Shown piece by piece: positions 8,237-18,842 of a stretch of 64,000 nucleotides of DNA (position 1 is the first letter of the stretch; each line of letters starts with the position of its first letter). The notes under the pieces are model-generated. The model made no database searches, was not told the origin of the DNA, and saw only the letters and a list, made by a program, of their open reading frames with translations. A program made the position numbers and the translations under genes. The DNA comes from an uncultured Mycoplasmatota bacterium (GTDB lineage Bacteria; Bacillota_I; Bacilli_A; RF39; UBA660): NCBI GenBank assembly GCA_900549325.1, contig UROI01000001.1, positions 34,213-98,212 of the forward strand, written 5' to 3'.

Positions 8237-9184
8237 ATGTTAGATAATTATAAGTATGATCAACCTATCTTGTATAATGTTTTAAATAATTCTATTTCTA
8301 ATAATAAGTTATCTCATGCTTATTTATTTGATTCTAATGGTAATAGTGATGTTTATAATATAGTTTTGTCATTTACCAAAATGATTATTACTACTGATAT
8401 AAATGATGAAAATGAAAAAGAAAATATTTGTATGCGAATTGATGATGAAAATTATGTTGATGTTAAGGTTATTGAACCGGATGGTATGTGGATAAAAAAA
8501 GATCAACTTTTGGATTTACAAAGTGAATTTAGTAAAAAGGCTATTGAAGGAAATAAAAAAGTCTATATTATTAAATCTGCTGATAAAATGAATGTTCAAA
8601 CTGCAAATTCTATACTTAAATTTTTGGAGGAGCCTATTGATGAGATAATAGCAATATTAATCGTTGACAATATTAATTTAATGTTACCAACAATTATATC
8701 TAGGTGTCAGGTTATAAAGTTGAATAAAAAAGCTTTGTCTTCTGATAGTATTGATAACTTTTCTTCATATTTTTATCAATCAAAGTATACTTTGCTTACT
8801 GAAATAGAAAAAAGAAAATTAATAGATGATGCAATAAATTTTATTATTTACTTTGAAAATAATGGAATTGATACAATTATCTATACTAAACAATTATGGC
8901 ACAGTAATTTTAAGGATAGAGATTTATGCGTTTTAGCAGTTAATCTTTGCATCTATTTTTATTATGATGCAATTAAGTATAAATGTAATTTAAATAATTA
9001 TTTTTATGGGGACAAGCTATCAGATATTAGTTTTGTTTCTGGAAAAAATGATTATGAAGAGTTAATTAGAAAAATTCAAACATTAGACAAAATAGAAAAT
9101 TATTTAAAAAGAAATTTGAATATAAATTTACTTATTGATAAAATGATTATAGATATGTGTGGTGATGATTATGAAAATAGCTAG
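8237..9184 (+). CDS. holB: DNA polymerase III delta-prime subunit
   Basis: Clamp-loader-like fold with SHAYLF and KFLEEP motifs; ATG 8237 preceded by AGAGGAG. Confidence 0.8.
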   Translation: MLDNYKYDQPILYNVLNNSISNNKLSHAYLFDSNGNSDVYNIVLSFTKMIITTDINDENEKENICMRIDDENYVDVKVIEPDGMWIKKDQLLDLQSEFSKKAIEGNKKVYIIKSADKMNVQTANSILKFLEEPIDEIIAILIVDNINLMLPTIISRCQVIKLNKKALSSDSIDNFSSYFYQSKYTLLTEIEKRKLIDDAINFIIYFENNGIDTIIYTKQLWHSNFKDRDLCVLAVNLCIYFYYDAIKYKCNLNNYFYGDKLSDISFVSGKNDYEELIRKIQTLDKIENYLKRNLNINLLIDKMIIDMCGDDYENS

Positions 9185-9944
9185 TGTTAAAGTTAATGAT
9201 TATGGGAAAACTAAATATTATGATTGTAATGATCTTAATTTAAAAAAAAATTTAACTGTTATTGTTAATACTGAAAGAGGAATGGAGTTTGGAACTGTTC
9301 TTGATTTCTTTGATGTAGAGGATAGTAATTATGATAAAATTGTGAGGATTGCTACAAAAAAGGATTATCTTCAGCACTTAAAAAATATAAATGAGGCTAA
9401 ATTGGCACTAGATAAATGTCGCCAATTGGCGGAGAAAAATAATTTAAAAATGGTTATTATCGATGCAACTTATAATTTTGATAGAAGTCAATTGTTATTC
9501 AGATTTTTGGCTGATGAAAGAATTGATTTTAGAAATTTAGCCAGAGAGCTTGGTTCTAGACTTAAGACAAGGATTGAATTGAGGCAAATAGGAATTCGTG
9601 ATAAAGCAAAAGAAATTGGAGGTATTGGTCCTTGTGGTAGACACTTGTGCTGTAGTACATTTCTTACTAGTTTTGATGCTGTATCTATTAGTATGGCAAA
9701 AAATCAGGGACTTGCATTAAATCCTACAAAAATTAATGGCGTTTGTGGTAGGCTTTTATGCTGTTTGAATTATGAAAATGAGTTATATACTGAATTAAAA
9801 AAGGATGTTTTAGAGGTTGGAAAAAAAACTTTTATTAATGGAAAGGAAGGTAAGGTTATTTCATCTGAACCATTACGTGGTAAATATAAGGTACTTATAG
9901 GTGATGAAATAATTGAAGTTGATGTAAATGATAGTAAAGAATAA
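9171..9944 (+). CDS. yaaT: PSP1-domain protein YaaT/RicT (stage 0 sporulation protein)
   Basis: PSP1 C-terminal cysteine cluster (GPCGRHLCCSTFL, CGRLLCCLNYE); follows holB as in B. subtilis; start codon overlaps the holB 3' end. Confidence 0.8.
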   Translation: MKIASVKVNDYGKTKYYDCNDLNLKKNLTVIVNTERGMEFGTVLDFFDVEDSNYDKIVRIATKKDYLQHLKNINEAKLALDKCRQLAEKNNLKMVIIDATYNFDRSQLLFRFLADERIDFRNLARELGSRLKTRIELRQIGIRDKAKEIGGIGPCGRHLCCSTFLTSFDAVSISMAKNQGLALNPTKINGVCGRLLCCLNYENELYTELKKDVLEVGKKTFINGKEGKVISSEPLRGKYKVLIGDEIIEVDVNDSKE

Positions 9945-10650
9945 TTTGTTAAACTATAAAAATGCGTATATATATCAAGATACTGAATATTTTAAGATGT
10001 CTCTTGATAGTCTTTTGCTTGCTAAATTTGTGACAATTAATAGGAGAGATAAGAAAATACTTGATTTGGCTACTGGTAATGCACCTATTCCAATGCTTTT
10101 GACATATAGAACTAAAGCTCACATATATGGTGTTGAGATACAAAAAGAAGTATACAATTTGGGAAGAATATCTATTAATGAAAATAAAATGACTGATCAG
10201 ATAACTTTGATAAATGATGATATTAATAATCTTCCTAATACTTTTGAATCTGATACCTTTGATGTTATTACTTGTAATCCACCTTATTTTAAAACTAACA
10301 ATATTTTGTTTGAAAATAATAATAATTTTAAGGCTTTAGCAAGACATGAAAAGACGTTGTCTTTAGAAGATGTTATGAGAGTTAGTAAATATTTACTTAA
10401 AAATAATGGAAGACTAGCTATGGTTCATAGAAGTGAAAGGTTGATGGAAATATTGTTTCTTATGAAAAAGTATAATTTTGAACCTAAAAAAATTAGATTT
10501 GTTTATCCTAACAGATTAAAGAATAGTGATTTGATTTTGATTGAAGGTACTTTAAATGGCAATGGTGGTGTTAAAGTAATGAATCCTTTATATGTTTATG
10601 ACAAAAGAAATGTTTATTCTGATGAAGTAAAAGATATGTTTGAGGAGTGA
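9928..10650 (+). CDS. N6-adenine methyltransferase, tRNA1(Val) m6A37 TrmN6/YabB-like
   Basis: NPPY catalytic motif and SAM-binding LDLATGNA; yabB position before rsmI. Confidence 0.6.
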   Translation: MIVKNNLLNYKNAYIYQDTEYFKMSLDSLLLAKFVTINRRDKKILDLATGNAPIPMLLTYRTKAHIYGVEIQKEVYNLGRISINENKMTDQITLINDDINNLPNTFESDTFDVITCNPPYFKTNNILFENNNNFKALARHEKTLSLEDVMRVSKYLLKNNGRLAMVHRSERLMEILFLMKKYNFEPKKIRFVYPNRLKNSDLILIEGTLNGNGGVKVMNPLYVYDKRNVYSDEVKDMFEE

Positions 10651-10655
10651 GTTTT

Positions 10656-11495
10656 ATGATGCAAAATAGTTATAATAATAGTCCGACTTTATATTTGATA
10701 TCTACGCCTATTGGAAACTTAGAGGATATGACTTATAGGAGTATTAGAATACTTAGTGAAGTAAATGTAGTTTTTTCAGAAGATACTAGGGTAACATTGA
10801 ACTTACTTACCCACTATAACATTAGCAAAAAATTAATTTCTCTTCATGAACATAATGAAGATACTGTTAAAGAAAAAGTTCTAGATTATCTTAAAAATGG
10901 TGATAATGTTGCTTTGGTTACTGATAGGGGAACTCCAATAATTAGTGATCCTGGATATAAAACTGTAAAATATGTTAGTGATAATGGTTATAATGTTGTT
11001 GCACTTCCTGGAGCTACTGCATTTGTTCCGGCTCTAATTACTTCTGGTATTGCACCGCAGCCATTTTTGTTTTATGGTTTTCTTGATAGTAAGGATAGCA
11101 TTAGAAAAAAAGAGTTAGAAGTTTTATCAGATGAAGAAGAAACTATGATTTTTTATGAAGCTCCTCATAGAATTATGAAAACTTTGAGTATGATGTTAGA
11201 TATATTTGGTGATAGAGATATTAGTATATCTAGGGAGATTACTAAGAAATTTGAGACTATTTATCGTGGAAAGATTAGTACTGTAATTAGTCTTGTTCCT
11301 GAAAAAGGAGAATTTGTTGTTGTTGTTAGTGGTATGAAAGAAAGAAAAATAGATGATACTATTAATGTTCATGATGCCGTAAATAATTATATTAGTGCTG
11401 GATTTGATGTAATGACTTCGATTAAGAAAGTTGCTAAAGATAGGGGACTTCCTAAAAATATTATTTATAAAGAGTATCATCAGGAGGATAGATAA
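10656..11495 (+). CDS. rsmI: 16S rRNA (cytidine1402-2'-O)-methyltransferase
   Basis: Tetrapyrrole-methylase fold with the RsmI N-terminus (LYLISTPIGNLEDMTYR); ATG 10656 with TGAGGAG ribosome-binding site. Confidence 0.85.
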   Translation: MMQNSYNNSPTLYLISTPIGNLEDMTYRSIRILSEVNVVFSEDTRVTLNLLTHYNISKKLISLHEHNEDTVKEKVLDYLKNGDNVALVTDRGTPIISDPGYKTVKYVSDNGYNVVALPGATAFVPALITSGIAPQPFLFYGFLDSKDSIRKKELEVLSDEEETMIFYEAPHRIMKTLSMMLDIFGDRDISISREITKKFETIYRGKISTVISLVPEKGEFVVVVSGMKERKIDDTINVHDAVNNYISAGFDVMTSIKKVAKDRGLPKNIIYKEYHQEDR

Positions 11496-12064
11496 TGAAG
11501 TTAATTGTGGGACTAGGTAATCCTGGAAAGGAATACGATAAGACTAGACATAACATTGGGTTTAATGTTCTTGATTTATTAGCGAATAAGTATAATATTA
11601 CATTTAGTGAAAATAAGAAATTTAATGCTCTTGAGGCTAGTTTTAATTTGCTGGGAGAAAAGGTTATTTTAGTAAAGCCACTTACATTTATGAATTTATC
11701 TGGTAATAGTGTAATTAAATACATGAATTATTATGATATTGATGTTAATGATCTTTTGGTTATTCATGATGATTTAGATATGGAACTAGGAAAAATTAGA
11801 ATTGTTTTTGATAGTTCTAGTGGCGGACATAATGGAATTAAAAGTATTATTAATAATTTGAGTAGTCAAAAATTTACTAGATTAAAAATTGGTATTTCTC
11901 ATAATAAAAATATTGATACTAAAGATTATGTGCTTGGTAAATTTAAAGATGATGATTGGAAAATTTTAACTGATTCCTATGATAAGGTACTTGATATAGT
12001 GGAAAATTTTATTAGTAAAGATACTAATACTTTAAAACAAATTTATAGTAATAAAAATAATTAG
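11495..12064 (+). CDS. pth: Peptidyl-tRNA hydrolase
   Basis: MKLIVGLGNPG N-terminus, HNGIKS motif; pth-mfd order. Confidence 0.9.
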   Translation: MKLIVGLGNPGKEYDKTRHNIGFNVLDLLANKYNITFSENKKFNALEASFNLLGEKVILVKPLTFMNLSGNSVIKYMNYYDIDVNDLLVIHDDLDMELGKIRIVFDSSSGGHNGIKSIINNLSSQKFTRLKIGISHNKNIDTKDYVLGKFKDDDWKILTDSYDKVLDIVENFISKDTNTLKQIYSNKNN

Positions 12065-12118
12065 ATATAAAATGAGATACAATATTTTTGTATCTTTTAG
12101 CATTGGAGGTGAGAATAT

Positions 12119-15100
12119 ATGAAGTTTTTTGATAATTTATTTGATGTTAATAATAGAGATGAACAACTAGTTACTGGGTTAAATAAAGAACTTAATAGTG
12201 TTTATGTTTATGATTATTTTAATAAATATAATAATAGTATTTTACTTGTTACTAATTCTTTATACGAGGCTAATGATTTATATAATAGATTATCTAATTA
12301 TACTGATAGAGTATTATTTTTTCCTATGGATGACTTTATGACTAGTGAGGCTTCAATTATTAGCCCTGAGCTTATGATTGAAAGATTAAATACATTGAAT
12401 AAACTTGTTAATAATGATAAGTATATTGTTGTAACTAATTTAATGGGTTTACTTAGATATCTTCCTAATAAGTCTTTATATAAGAGGAAAATTATTAATT
12501 TAAATGTTAATGAAGATGTAAATAGAGAAGTGTTAATTAACAATTTAATTGACTTAGGTTATGATAGGGTACCGCTTGTTACTAAGACTGGAGAGGTGGC
12601 TATTAGAGGATATGTGATTGATATATTTCCTATGGAAACTGATAGTCCTATTAGAATAGAGTTTTGGGGAGATACTATTGATAGTATTAAATATTTTGAT
12701 TTGGATAGTCAGATTTCTAATGAGAGTATTAATACTATTTCTATATATCCTTTTACGGAATTTTTACTTGATAATAGTTTAAATGTTGACAGTAAAATGT
12801 GTAAGCAAAAATATTTATCACATTATTCTAAAGATATTCAAGGTATATGGAATTATTTAGATAATTGTACTCTTATATATTATGATTATAACCAAGTTAT
12901 GTCAGCTTATAGATTACTTAGAGAGAGTATTATTAATTATGATAAAGAAATAAAAGATTCTATTAAAACTGATTATATGTTTGATATTTCTGATGTTAAA
13001 TATAATAATATTATTTATATGTTAGAGTTTGATAATATTCTTGATTTGAATATTAAATGTAAAAATAATTATTTATCTAATAGTGTTGATAATTATCATG
13101 GTGATTTTGAAAAAATTAAAACAAGTCTTTTTAAATATATTAGTGGTGGTAAGACGGTTATTATGTGTATTGATAATAAAGACGTTGCTAAGAGAGTTAT
13201 CACTTATTTAGATATTATGGATGATGTTGTATTAACTAGAGAAAATGAAATTATTAAAAATAAGATTAATATTATTAATAAATATATTATAAGTGGATTT
13301 ATATATGATAATTATGTTGTTATTTCTTCTAATGATTTATTTGGTAAAATAGAAGAAAAGAAAAAAGTTAAAAATAAATATAAAGTTGGTACTAAGATTA
13401 GTAATATTAATAACTTAGAGAAGGGTGATTATATTGTTCATATTGATCATGGTATAGGACAATATGTTGAACTATGTACTTTGTCTAAGAATGGCTTGAA
13501 AAAGGATTATATTAAACTTTTATATGCTGATGGTGATGTTTTATATTTACCAGTAGAAAAGATTGATAAAATTACTAAGTTTACTGGTAGAGAAGGGGCT
13601 ATTGTAAGACTTGATAAGTTGGGTACTGATTCTTGGAATAAGAAGAAGGCTAGAGTTAGAAGTAAACTGGAAAATATTGCGGGTGATTTGATTAGAGTGT
13701 CTGCTGAAAGAGAAAATTCTAAAGGTTTTGCTTTTAGTCCTGATGATGAAGAACAAATATTATTTGAAAGTAAATTTAAATATACTGCTACTGCTGATCA
13801 GGAGAGGGCTATAGGTATTATTAAGCATGAAATGGAAAAGGATAAACCTATGGATATGCTCTTATGTGGTGATGTTGGATATGGTAAAACGGAGGTGGCT
13901 TTTAGGGCAATATTTAAGGCTGTTAATGATGGTAAACAAGTTGCTTATTTATGTCCTACTACCATTCTTTCTAGTCAGCAATATAATTCTGCACTAGATA
14001 GATTTGCTGATTTTCCAATTAATATTGCATTACTTAATAGGTTTACTTCTGTTAAAGAGCAAAATATTATTTTTAATAATTTAAAAGAAGGTAAAATTGA
14101 TATTTTATTTGGTACTCATAAACTTCTTAATGATAAAGTGGATTTTAAAGATTTAGGATTACTTATTATTGATGAAGAACAAAGATTTGGTGTTGTACAT
14201 AAAGAAAAAGTTAAGAAATATAAGAGTAGTATTGATGTTTTAACTCTTAGTGCAACTCCTATTCCTAGAACTCTTCAAATGTCTATGTCTGGTATTAGGG
14301 GACTTGCACTTATTGAGACTCCTCCTGAAAAGCGTAGACCAATACAGACTTATGTAATGCCTGAGAGTGTAAATATTATTAAAGATGCTATTTATAAAGA
14401 ATTATCTAGAAATGGTCAAGTATTTATGCTTTATAATAGTGTTGAAAAAATAGATAATAAACTTGAAGAGATACATAAATTGGTACCAGAAGCTAATATT
14501 AGGTACGCTCATGGTAGAATGACTAAGGTTGAACTTGAGAATATTATGATTGACTTTACTAATCATAAGTTTGATATATTACTTTGTACGACAATTATTG
14601 AGACTGGTATTGATATTCCTAATGTTAATACTTTGATTGTTTTGGATGCTGATAGATTTGGTTTATCTCAGTTATATCAAATTAGAGGTAGAATTGGTCG
14701 TAGTGATAGAATTGGTTATGCTTATCTTATGTATAATGGCAGAAAAGAACTTAATGATTTGGCAGTTAAAAGACTTAATACTATAAAAGAGTTTACTGAA
14801 CTTGGTAGTGGCTTTAAGATAGCTATGAGGGATTTATCTATTAGAGGAGCTGGAGATATACTTGGTAGTGAACAGTCTGGTTTTATTGATAGTATAGGTA
14901 TTGATTTGTATTTGAAGATGTTAAAAGAAGAGGTTGATAAACTCAAGGGTATTAAGATAGTAGAAGAAAAAGAGGAAAGTTCTAAACCTCTTATTGAAGT
15001 TGAAACGCATATTTCTAATGAATATGCTCCTGATGATGAAATTAAACTTGAGGTTCATAAATTAATTAATAATATTAATTCTGAGGAAGATATTGATAAT

Positions 15101-15436
15101 TTATGTACTGTACTTAGAGATAGATTTGGTAAAGTTACTGATGAAATGATTATTTATATGCATGAGGAATGGTTTGAGAAACAGGCTAAGTTTCTTAATA
15201 TTAAAGAAACTAAACAGACTAAGAGTTATGTTGAGATAGTTCTTCCACAGTATTTGTCTAAACAAATTGATGGTGAAAAGTTGTTTTTTACGGCATATGA
15301 AATATCTAAATATTTTAGATTTTCTTATAGTAATAATCAGATTCATATTTATTTAGATACTATTAAATTAGATAAACATTTTGTTTATTATTTGAATGAT
15401 TTACTTAGTGTTATTATTAAAGATATTAAGAAATAA
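12119..15436 (+). CDS. mfd: Transcription-repair coupling factor
   Basis: 1105 aa with a UvrB-like N-terminal domain, RNAP-interacting domain and superfamily-2 helicase motifs (GDVGYGKTEVA, DEEQRFGV, TATPIPRT). Confidence 0.9.
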   Translation: MKFFDNLFDVNNRDEQLVTGLNKELNSVYVYDYFNKYNNSILLVTNSLYEANDLYNRLSNYTDRVLFFPMDDFMTSEASIISPELMIERLNTLNKLVNNDKYIVVTNLMGLLRYLPNKSLYKRKIINLNVNEDVNREVLINNLIDLGYDRVPLVTKTGEVAIRGYVIDIFPMETDSPIRIEFWGDTIDSIKYFDLDSQISNESINTISIYPFTEFLLDNSLNVDSKMCKQKYLSHYSKDIQGIWNYLDNCTLIYYDYNQVMSAYRLLRESIINYDKEIKDSIKTDYMFDISDVKYNNIIYMLEFDNILDLNIKCKNNYLSNSVDNYHGDFEKIKTSLFKYISGGKTVIMCIDNKDVAKRVITYLDIMDDVVLTRENEIIKNKINIINKYIISGFIYDNYVVISSNDLFGKIEEKKKVKNKYKVGTKISNINNLEKGDYIVHIDHGIGQYVELCTLSKNGLKKDYIKLLYADGDVLYLPVEKIDKITKFTGREGAIVRLDKLGTDSWNKKKARVRSKLENIAGDLIRVSAERENSKGFAFSPDDEEQILFESKFKYTATADQERAIGIIKHEMEKDKPMDMLLCGDVGYGKTEVAFRAIFKAVNDGKQVAYLCPTTILSSQQYNSALDRFADFPINIALLNRFTSVKEQNIIFNNLKEGKIDILFGTHKLLNDKVDFKDLGLLIIDEEQRFGVVHKEKVKKYKSSIDVLTLSATPIPRTLQMSMSGIRGLALIETPPEKRRPIQTYVMPESVNIIKDAIYKELSRNGQVFMLYNSVEKIDNKLEEIHKLVPEANIRYAHGRMTKVELENIMIDFTNHKFDILLCTTIIETGIDIPNVNTLIVLDADRFGLSQLYQIRGRIGRSDRIGYAYLMYNGRKELNDLAVKRLNTIKEFTELGSGFKIAMRDLSIRGAGDILGSEQSGFIDSIGIDLYLKMLKEEVDKLKGIKIVEEKEESSKPLIEVETHISNEYAPDDEIKLEVHKLINNINSEEDIDNLCTVLRDRFGKVTDEMIIYMHEEWFEKQAKFLNIKETKQTKSYVEIVLPQYLSKQIDGEKLFFTAYEISKYFRFSYSNNQIHIYLDTIKLDKHFVYYLNDLLSVIIKDIKK

Positions 15437-15519
15437 AGTTAAATATTTTATTTCTTTTTGTTTACTTGTATAATTATTTATTTATTTGACAAAATATTAA
15501 AGAAAGTATAGGTGAATAT

Positions 15520-16050
15520 ATGAAAACAACTGGTGTTATAAGAAGAATTGATGAACTTGGTAGAATTGTTATACCAAAAGAAATTAGAAAGAGCTTAAGA
15601 ATTAAAAATGGTGAAAGCCTCGAAGTTTATTTAGATGGCGATAGTATTATATTAAAAAAGTTTTCACAAATTGAAAGTTTAGAGAGCATTTCTGTTGACT
15701 ATGTAGAGGCATTTAATCAGATTATTAAACATAATATTATTGTTACTGATAGAGATAAAGTGGTTGCTGTTAGTGGTCCTTTAAAGAAGAAGTATTTGGG
15801 TAAAAATATTAATGAGTTTACTGAACGTTCTATTGAAAGAAGAGATTCTTTTTCTGAAAAGCAAAAGAAGGAGTTTAAAATTATTGAGGATGAAGAAGAT
15901 GTTGGTTATTATACTTTTGCTTCGATTGTTAATAATGGTGATGCTATTGGCAGCGTAATATTAATATCTTTAGATACTCCTTTATCTGATACTGAAGATA
16001 AACTGGCTATTGTTTTATCTAATTTGCTTAGTAAACAATTTATTGATTAA
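15520..16050 (+). CDS. spoVT: Stage V sporulation protein T (AbrB-type N-domain plus GAF domain)
   Basis: N-terminus MKTTGVIRRIDELGRIVIPKEIR is nearly identical to B. subtilis SpoVT; about 176 aa with a GAF-like C-terminal half; follows mfd as in Bacillus and Clostridium. Confidence 0.85.
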   Translation: MKTTGVIRRIDELGRIVIPKEIRKSLRIKNGESLEVYLDGDSIILKKFSQIESLESISVDYVEAFNQIIKHNIIVTDRDKVVAVSGPLKKKYLGKNINEFTERSIERRDSFSEKQKKEFKIIEDEEDVGYYTFASIVNNGDAIGSVILISLDTPLSDTEDKLAIVLSNLLSKQFID

Positions 16051-16062
16051 TTTATTTATGTT

Positions 16063-16105
16063 CACTAGTAAGTCTTATGTATAAGTCTTACTAGTGTTAT
16101 TTTTA
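16063..16105 (+). terminator. Rho-independent terminator after spoVT
   Basis: 10-bp stem CACTAGTAAG / CTTACTAGTG followed by TTATTTTTA. Confidence 0.55.
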
Positions 16106-16212
16106 GCCTGTAGTCTAAAAATAATGTACCAACCGTACATATTATATATAAGCATATTATATATATTAAGAAATTAATTTTAGTAGTTATACAATATGAA
16201 ATGTTTCAATAC

Positions 16213-16259
16213 TGAGACTTTAGACTCAGTATTGCTTAGAGAGACCTTAGGCTCTCTAA
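16213..16259. repeat. Paired long hairpins (apices ACTTTAGA and ACCTTAGG), member of an intergenic palindrome family
   Basis: CAATACTGAG ACTTTAGA CTCAGTATTG, then CTTAGAGAG ACCTTAGG CTCTCTAAG. Confidence 0.6.
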
Positions 16260-16279
16260 GAAAAAATAATAAATAATAC

Positions 16280-16308
16280 TTGAAAATATATCTATTGTAT
16301 GATAAAAT
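16280..16308 (+). promoter_or_regulatory. Sigma-A-type promoter for the T-box leader
   Basis: TTGAAA, 17 bp, TAAAAT. Confidence 0.45.
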
Positions 16309-16317
16309 ACTTTGTGT

Positions 16318-16530
16318 AAAGCAAAGAAGGAAAGAGTAATAGTAATATTTATAGAGAGTCTATGTTTGGTGGAAATAGATAAGAAAAGCTATTATAAATG
16401 GTTCCAGAGCAGTTATATCTAATAGGTGTAAACGGTTGTTACGTTATAACTTAATGAGTGTATATACTATAAAATAAGGTGGTACCGCGGAATATTTTTC
16501 GTCCTTTGGCCAGCCTTATTTTTTATTTTA
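16318..16530 (+). promoter_or_regulatory. T-box riboswitch leader upstream of dut-metG
   Basis: Canonical T-box sequence AAATAAGGTGGTACCGCGG at 16472-16490 (family consensus AAnnAGGGTGGNACCGCG); upstream AGAGAG stem I element; terminator-like structure plus T-run at 16500-16530. Confidence 0.6.
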
Positions 16531-16542
16531 TGGAGGCAAATA

Positions 16543-17028
16543 ATGAGAAAATTTGAAAAGATAAGTAAAGATAATTTTTTGAAGAGTGTTCCTAATGGTA
16601 ATTATGAAGATATTATATTACCGAAGAGAAGTACTAAAAATAGTGCTGGATATGATTTTTATTCTCTATATGATATAACTATTAAGCCAAATGAAAGAAT
16701 AGTTATTCCAACCGGTATTAAAGCTTGTATGAATGAAAATGAGTTTTTAGGAATATATATTCGTAGTAGTTTAGGTTTTAAGTATAATACTCGGATGTGT
16801 AATCAGGTTGGTATAATTGATGCTGATTATTATAATAATAAAGATAATGAAGGACATATTTTTGTATGTTTACAAAATGAAAGTGATAAAGAAGTAGTAA
16901 TTAAAAAAGGTGATAGATTTGTACAAGGTATATTTATGTCATATTTAATTACTGATGATGATAATGCTACTGATACAAGAAATGGTGGTATTGGTAGTAC
17001 TAATGAAGGAGAAGATAATAATGAATAA
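16543..17028 (+). CDS. dut: dUTP diphosphatase
   Basis: dUTPase motifs SAGYDFYS and GIIDADYY. Confidence 0.7.
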   Translation: MRKFEKISKDNFLKSVPNGNYEDIILPKRSTKNSAGYDFYSLYDITIKPNERIVIPTGIKACMNENEFLGIYIRSSLGFKYNTRMCNQVGIIDADYYNNKDNEGHIFVCLQNESDKEVVIKKGDRFVQGIFMSYLITDDDNATDTRNGGIGSTNEGEDNNE

Positions 17029-18556
17029 TGATAAAAAATTTTATATAACAACTCCTATATACTATCCTAGTGCTAATTTTCATATAGGACATTGTTATAC
17101 TACTATAGTAGCGGATGCTATTGCAAGATATAAAAGACTTACTGGATATGATGTATTTTATTTAACTGGTACTGATGAACATGGAGAAAAAATACAAAAG
17201 AAAGCAAGTGAAGCCGGTGTTACTCCTAAAGAGTATGTTGATAAAATTGTTGCTAATGCTAAAGATTTATGGAAAAGCTTAGATATTAGTTATGATAAAT
17301 TTATTAGAACTACTGATGAGGAACATGTTAAGTGTGTACAAAAAATATTTGAAAGACTATATAAACAAGGTGATATTTATAAAGGTGAATATAAGGGATT
17401 ATATTGTACTCCTTGTGAATCATTTTGGACTGAAACACAATTAATTAATGGTAAATGCCCTGATTGTGGAAGAGAGGTTCATGAGGTATCTGAAGAGGCT
17501 TATTTCTTTAAATTATCTAAATATCAAGATAGATTAATTAAGTATTATGAAGAAAATCCCGATTTTATTGAACCTGAGTCTAGAAAAAATGAAATGATTA
17601 ATAATTTTATTAAACCTGGACTAGCTGATTTATGTGTTTCAAGAACTAGTTTTGATTGGGGTATTCCTGTTACTTTTGACGATAAACATGTTGTATATGT
17701 TTGGCTAGACGCTTTAACTAATTATATATCTGCTTTAGGATATTTGAGTGATGATGATAGTTTATTTAAAAAGTATTGGCCTTGTGATTTGCATATTGTT
17801 GGTAAAGAAATTATAAGATTTCATACTATTGTATGGCCTATTATGTTAATGGCTCTTGATTTACCACTACCTAAAAAAGTATTTGGCCATGGATGGCTTG
17901 TTATTGATGGTGGTAAAATATCTAAGAGTCTTGGAAATTATAAAGACCCTAGAGAATACATTGATACTTATGGCGTAGATGCTGTTAGATATTTTGCTTT
18001 AAGAGAGGTTCCTTTTGGTAGTGATGGATCTTTTTCTGAAGAGGCTTTAATTAATAGAACTAATGGTGATTTAGCTAATATTTTAGGTAATTTAGTTAAT
18101 AGAACTATAGGCATGGTAAATAAATACTTCGATGGAGAAGTTTCTAATAAAGGCGTATTTGAGGAAATTGATAATAGTTTAATTAAAGAAGCTGAAGAAT
18201 TATATACAAAAGTTGAAAATTATATGAATAAACTTGAAATTCCTAAGGCAATAGATACTATTTTTGATTTATTTAGATCATGCAATAAGTATATTGATGA
18301 TACTACTCCTTGGATACTTGCTAAAGATGATAGTAAGAGTGATAGACTTGCTACTGTACTTTATAATTTGATTGAAAGTATTAGAATAGGAACTGTTTTG
18401 CTTAAACCATTTATGCCTGATACAGCCGAAAAAATATTTAAACAAATTAATACTGATAATACTTCATATGAAAGTGTAAAAGTATTTGGTGGATATAAGA
18501 GTGGTACTAAAGTTGGTACTCCAGAGGTTTTATTTCAAAGAATTGAAACTAAATAG
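17021..18556 (+). CDS. metG: Methionine--tRNA ligase (short form lacking the C-terminal tRNA-binding extension)
   Basis: HIGH motif (NFHIGH), zinc knuckle (CTPCE...CPDCG), KMSKS motif (KISKS); real start is ATG 17021, overlapping the dut stop by 8 nt, not the track start at 16955. Confidence 0.9.
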   Translation: MNNDKKFYITTPIYYPSANFHIGHCYTTIVADAIARYKRLTGYDVFYLTGTDEHGEKIQKKASEAGVTPKEYVDKIVANAKDLWKSLDISYDKFIRTTDEEHVKCVQKIFERLYKQGDIYKGEYKGLYCTPCESFWTETQLINGKCPDCGREVHEVSEEAYFFKLSKYQDRLIKYYEENPDFIEPESRKNEMINNFIKPGLADLCVSRTSFDWGIPVTFDDKHVVYVWLDALTNYISALGYLSDDDSLFKKYWPCDLHIVGKEIIRFHTIVWPIMLMALDLPLPKKVFGHGWLVIDGGKISKSLGNYKDPREYIDTYGVDAVRYFALREVPFGSDGSFSEEALINRTNGDLANILGNLVNRTIGMVNKYFDGEVSNKGVFEEIDNSLIKEAEELYTKVENYMNKLEIPKAIDTIFDLFRSCNKYIDDTTPWILAKDDSKSDRLATVLYNLIESIRIGTVLLKPFMPDTAEKIFKQINTDNTSYESVKVFGGYKSGTKVGTPEVLFQRIETK

Positions 18557-18680
18557 TTAGAGGACTTTAATGGTCCTTTTTAATTTTATATGTGTAAAAT
18601 AAGTAAAATTATGTTTACTAATTCTTTAAAATGTGTTATATTTTTAGTGTAGTACCTGCAGTGGAAAAGGAGAAAAAGGT

Positions 18681-18842
18681 ATGCTTAATGCTAAAAAATG
18701 GAACCTTATTTTTAAGATATCTTGTTGTATTTTAATAGGGGTATTGGTTTCTTTTATATTTGTAGGTAGTAATATTCTTGATTTATTATACTTTAGTATA
18801 GTAATTGTGTTATTTTTTAGATATGGTGTCTATAAGAAATAA
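18681..18842 (+). CDS. Unannotated small membrane protein (53 aa)
   Basis: ATG preceded at the right spacing by GGAAAAGGAGAAAAAGG; two predicted hydrophobic helices; below the ORF-track size cut-off. Confidence 0.3.
   Translation: MLNAKKWNLIFKISCCILIGVLVSFIFVGSNILDLLYFSIVIVLFFRYGVYKK

Noticed and set aside
16955-17020. Upstream start for metG as given by the ORF track (16955)
   Set aside because: It would overlap dut by 74 nt and has no ribosome-binding site. ATG 17021 has a GAAGGAGAAG ribosome-binding site and gives the conserved MetRS N-terminus.
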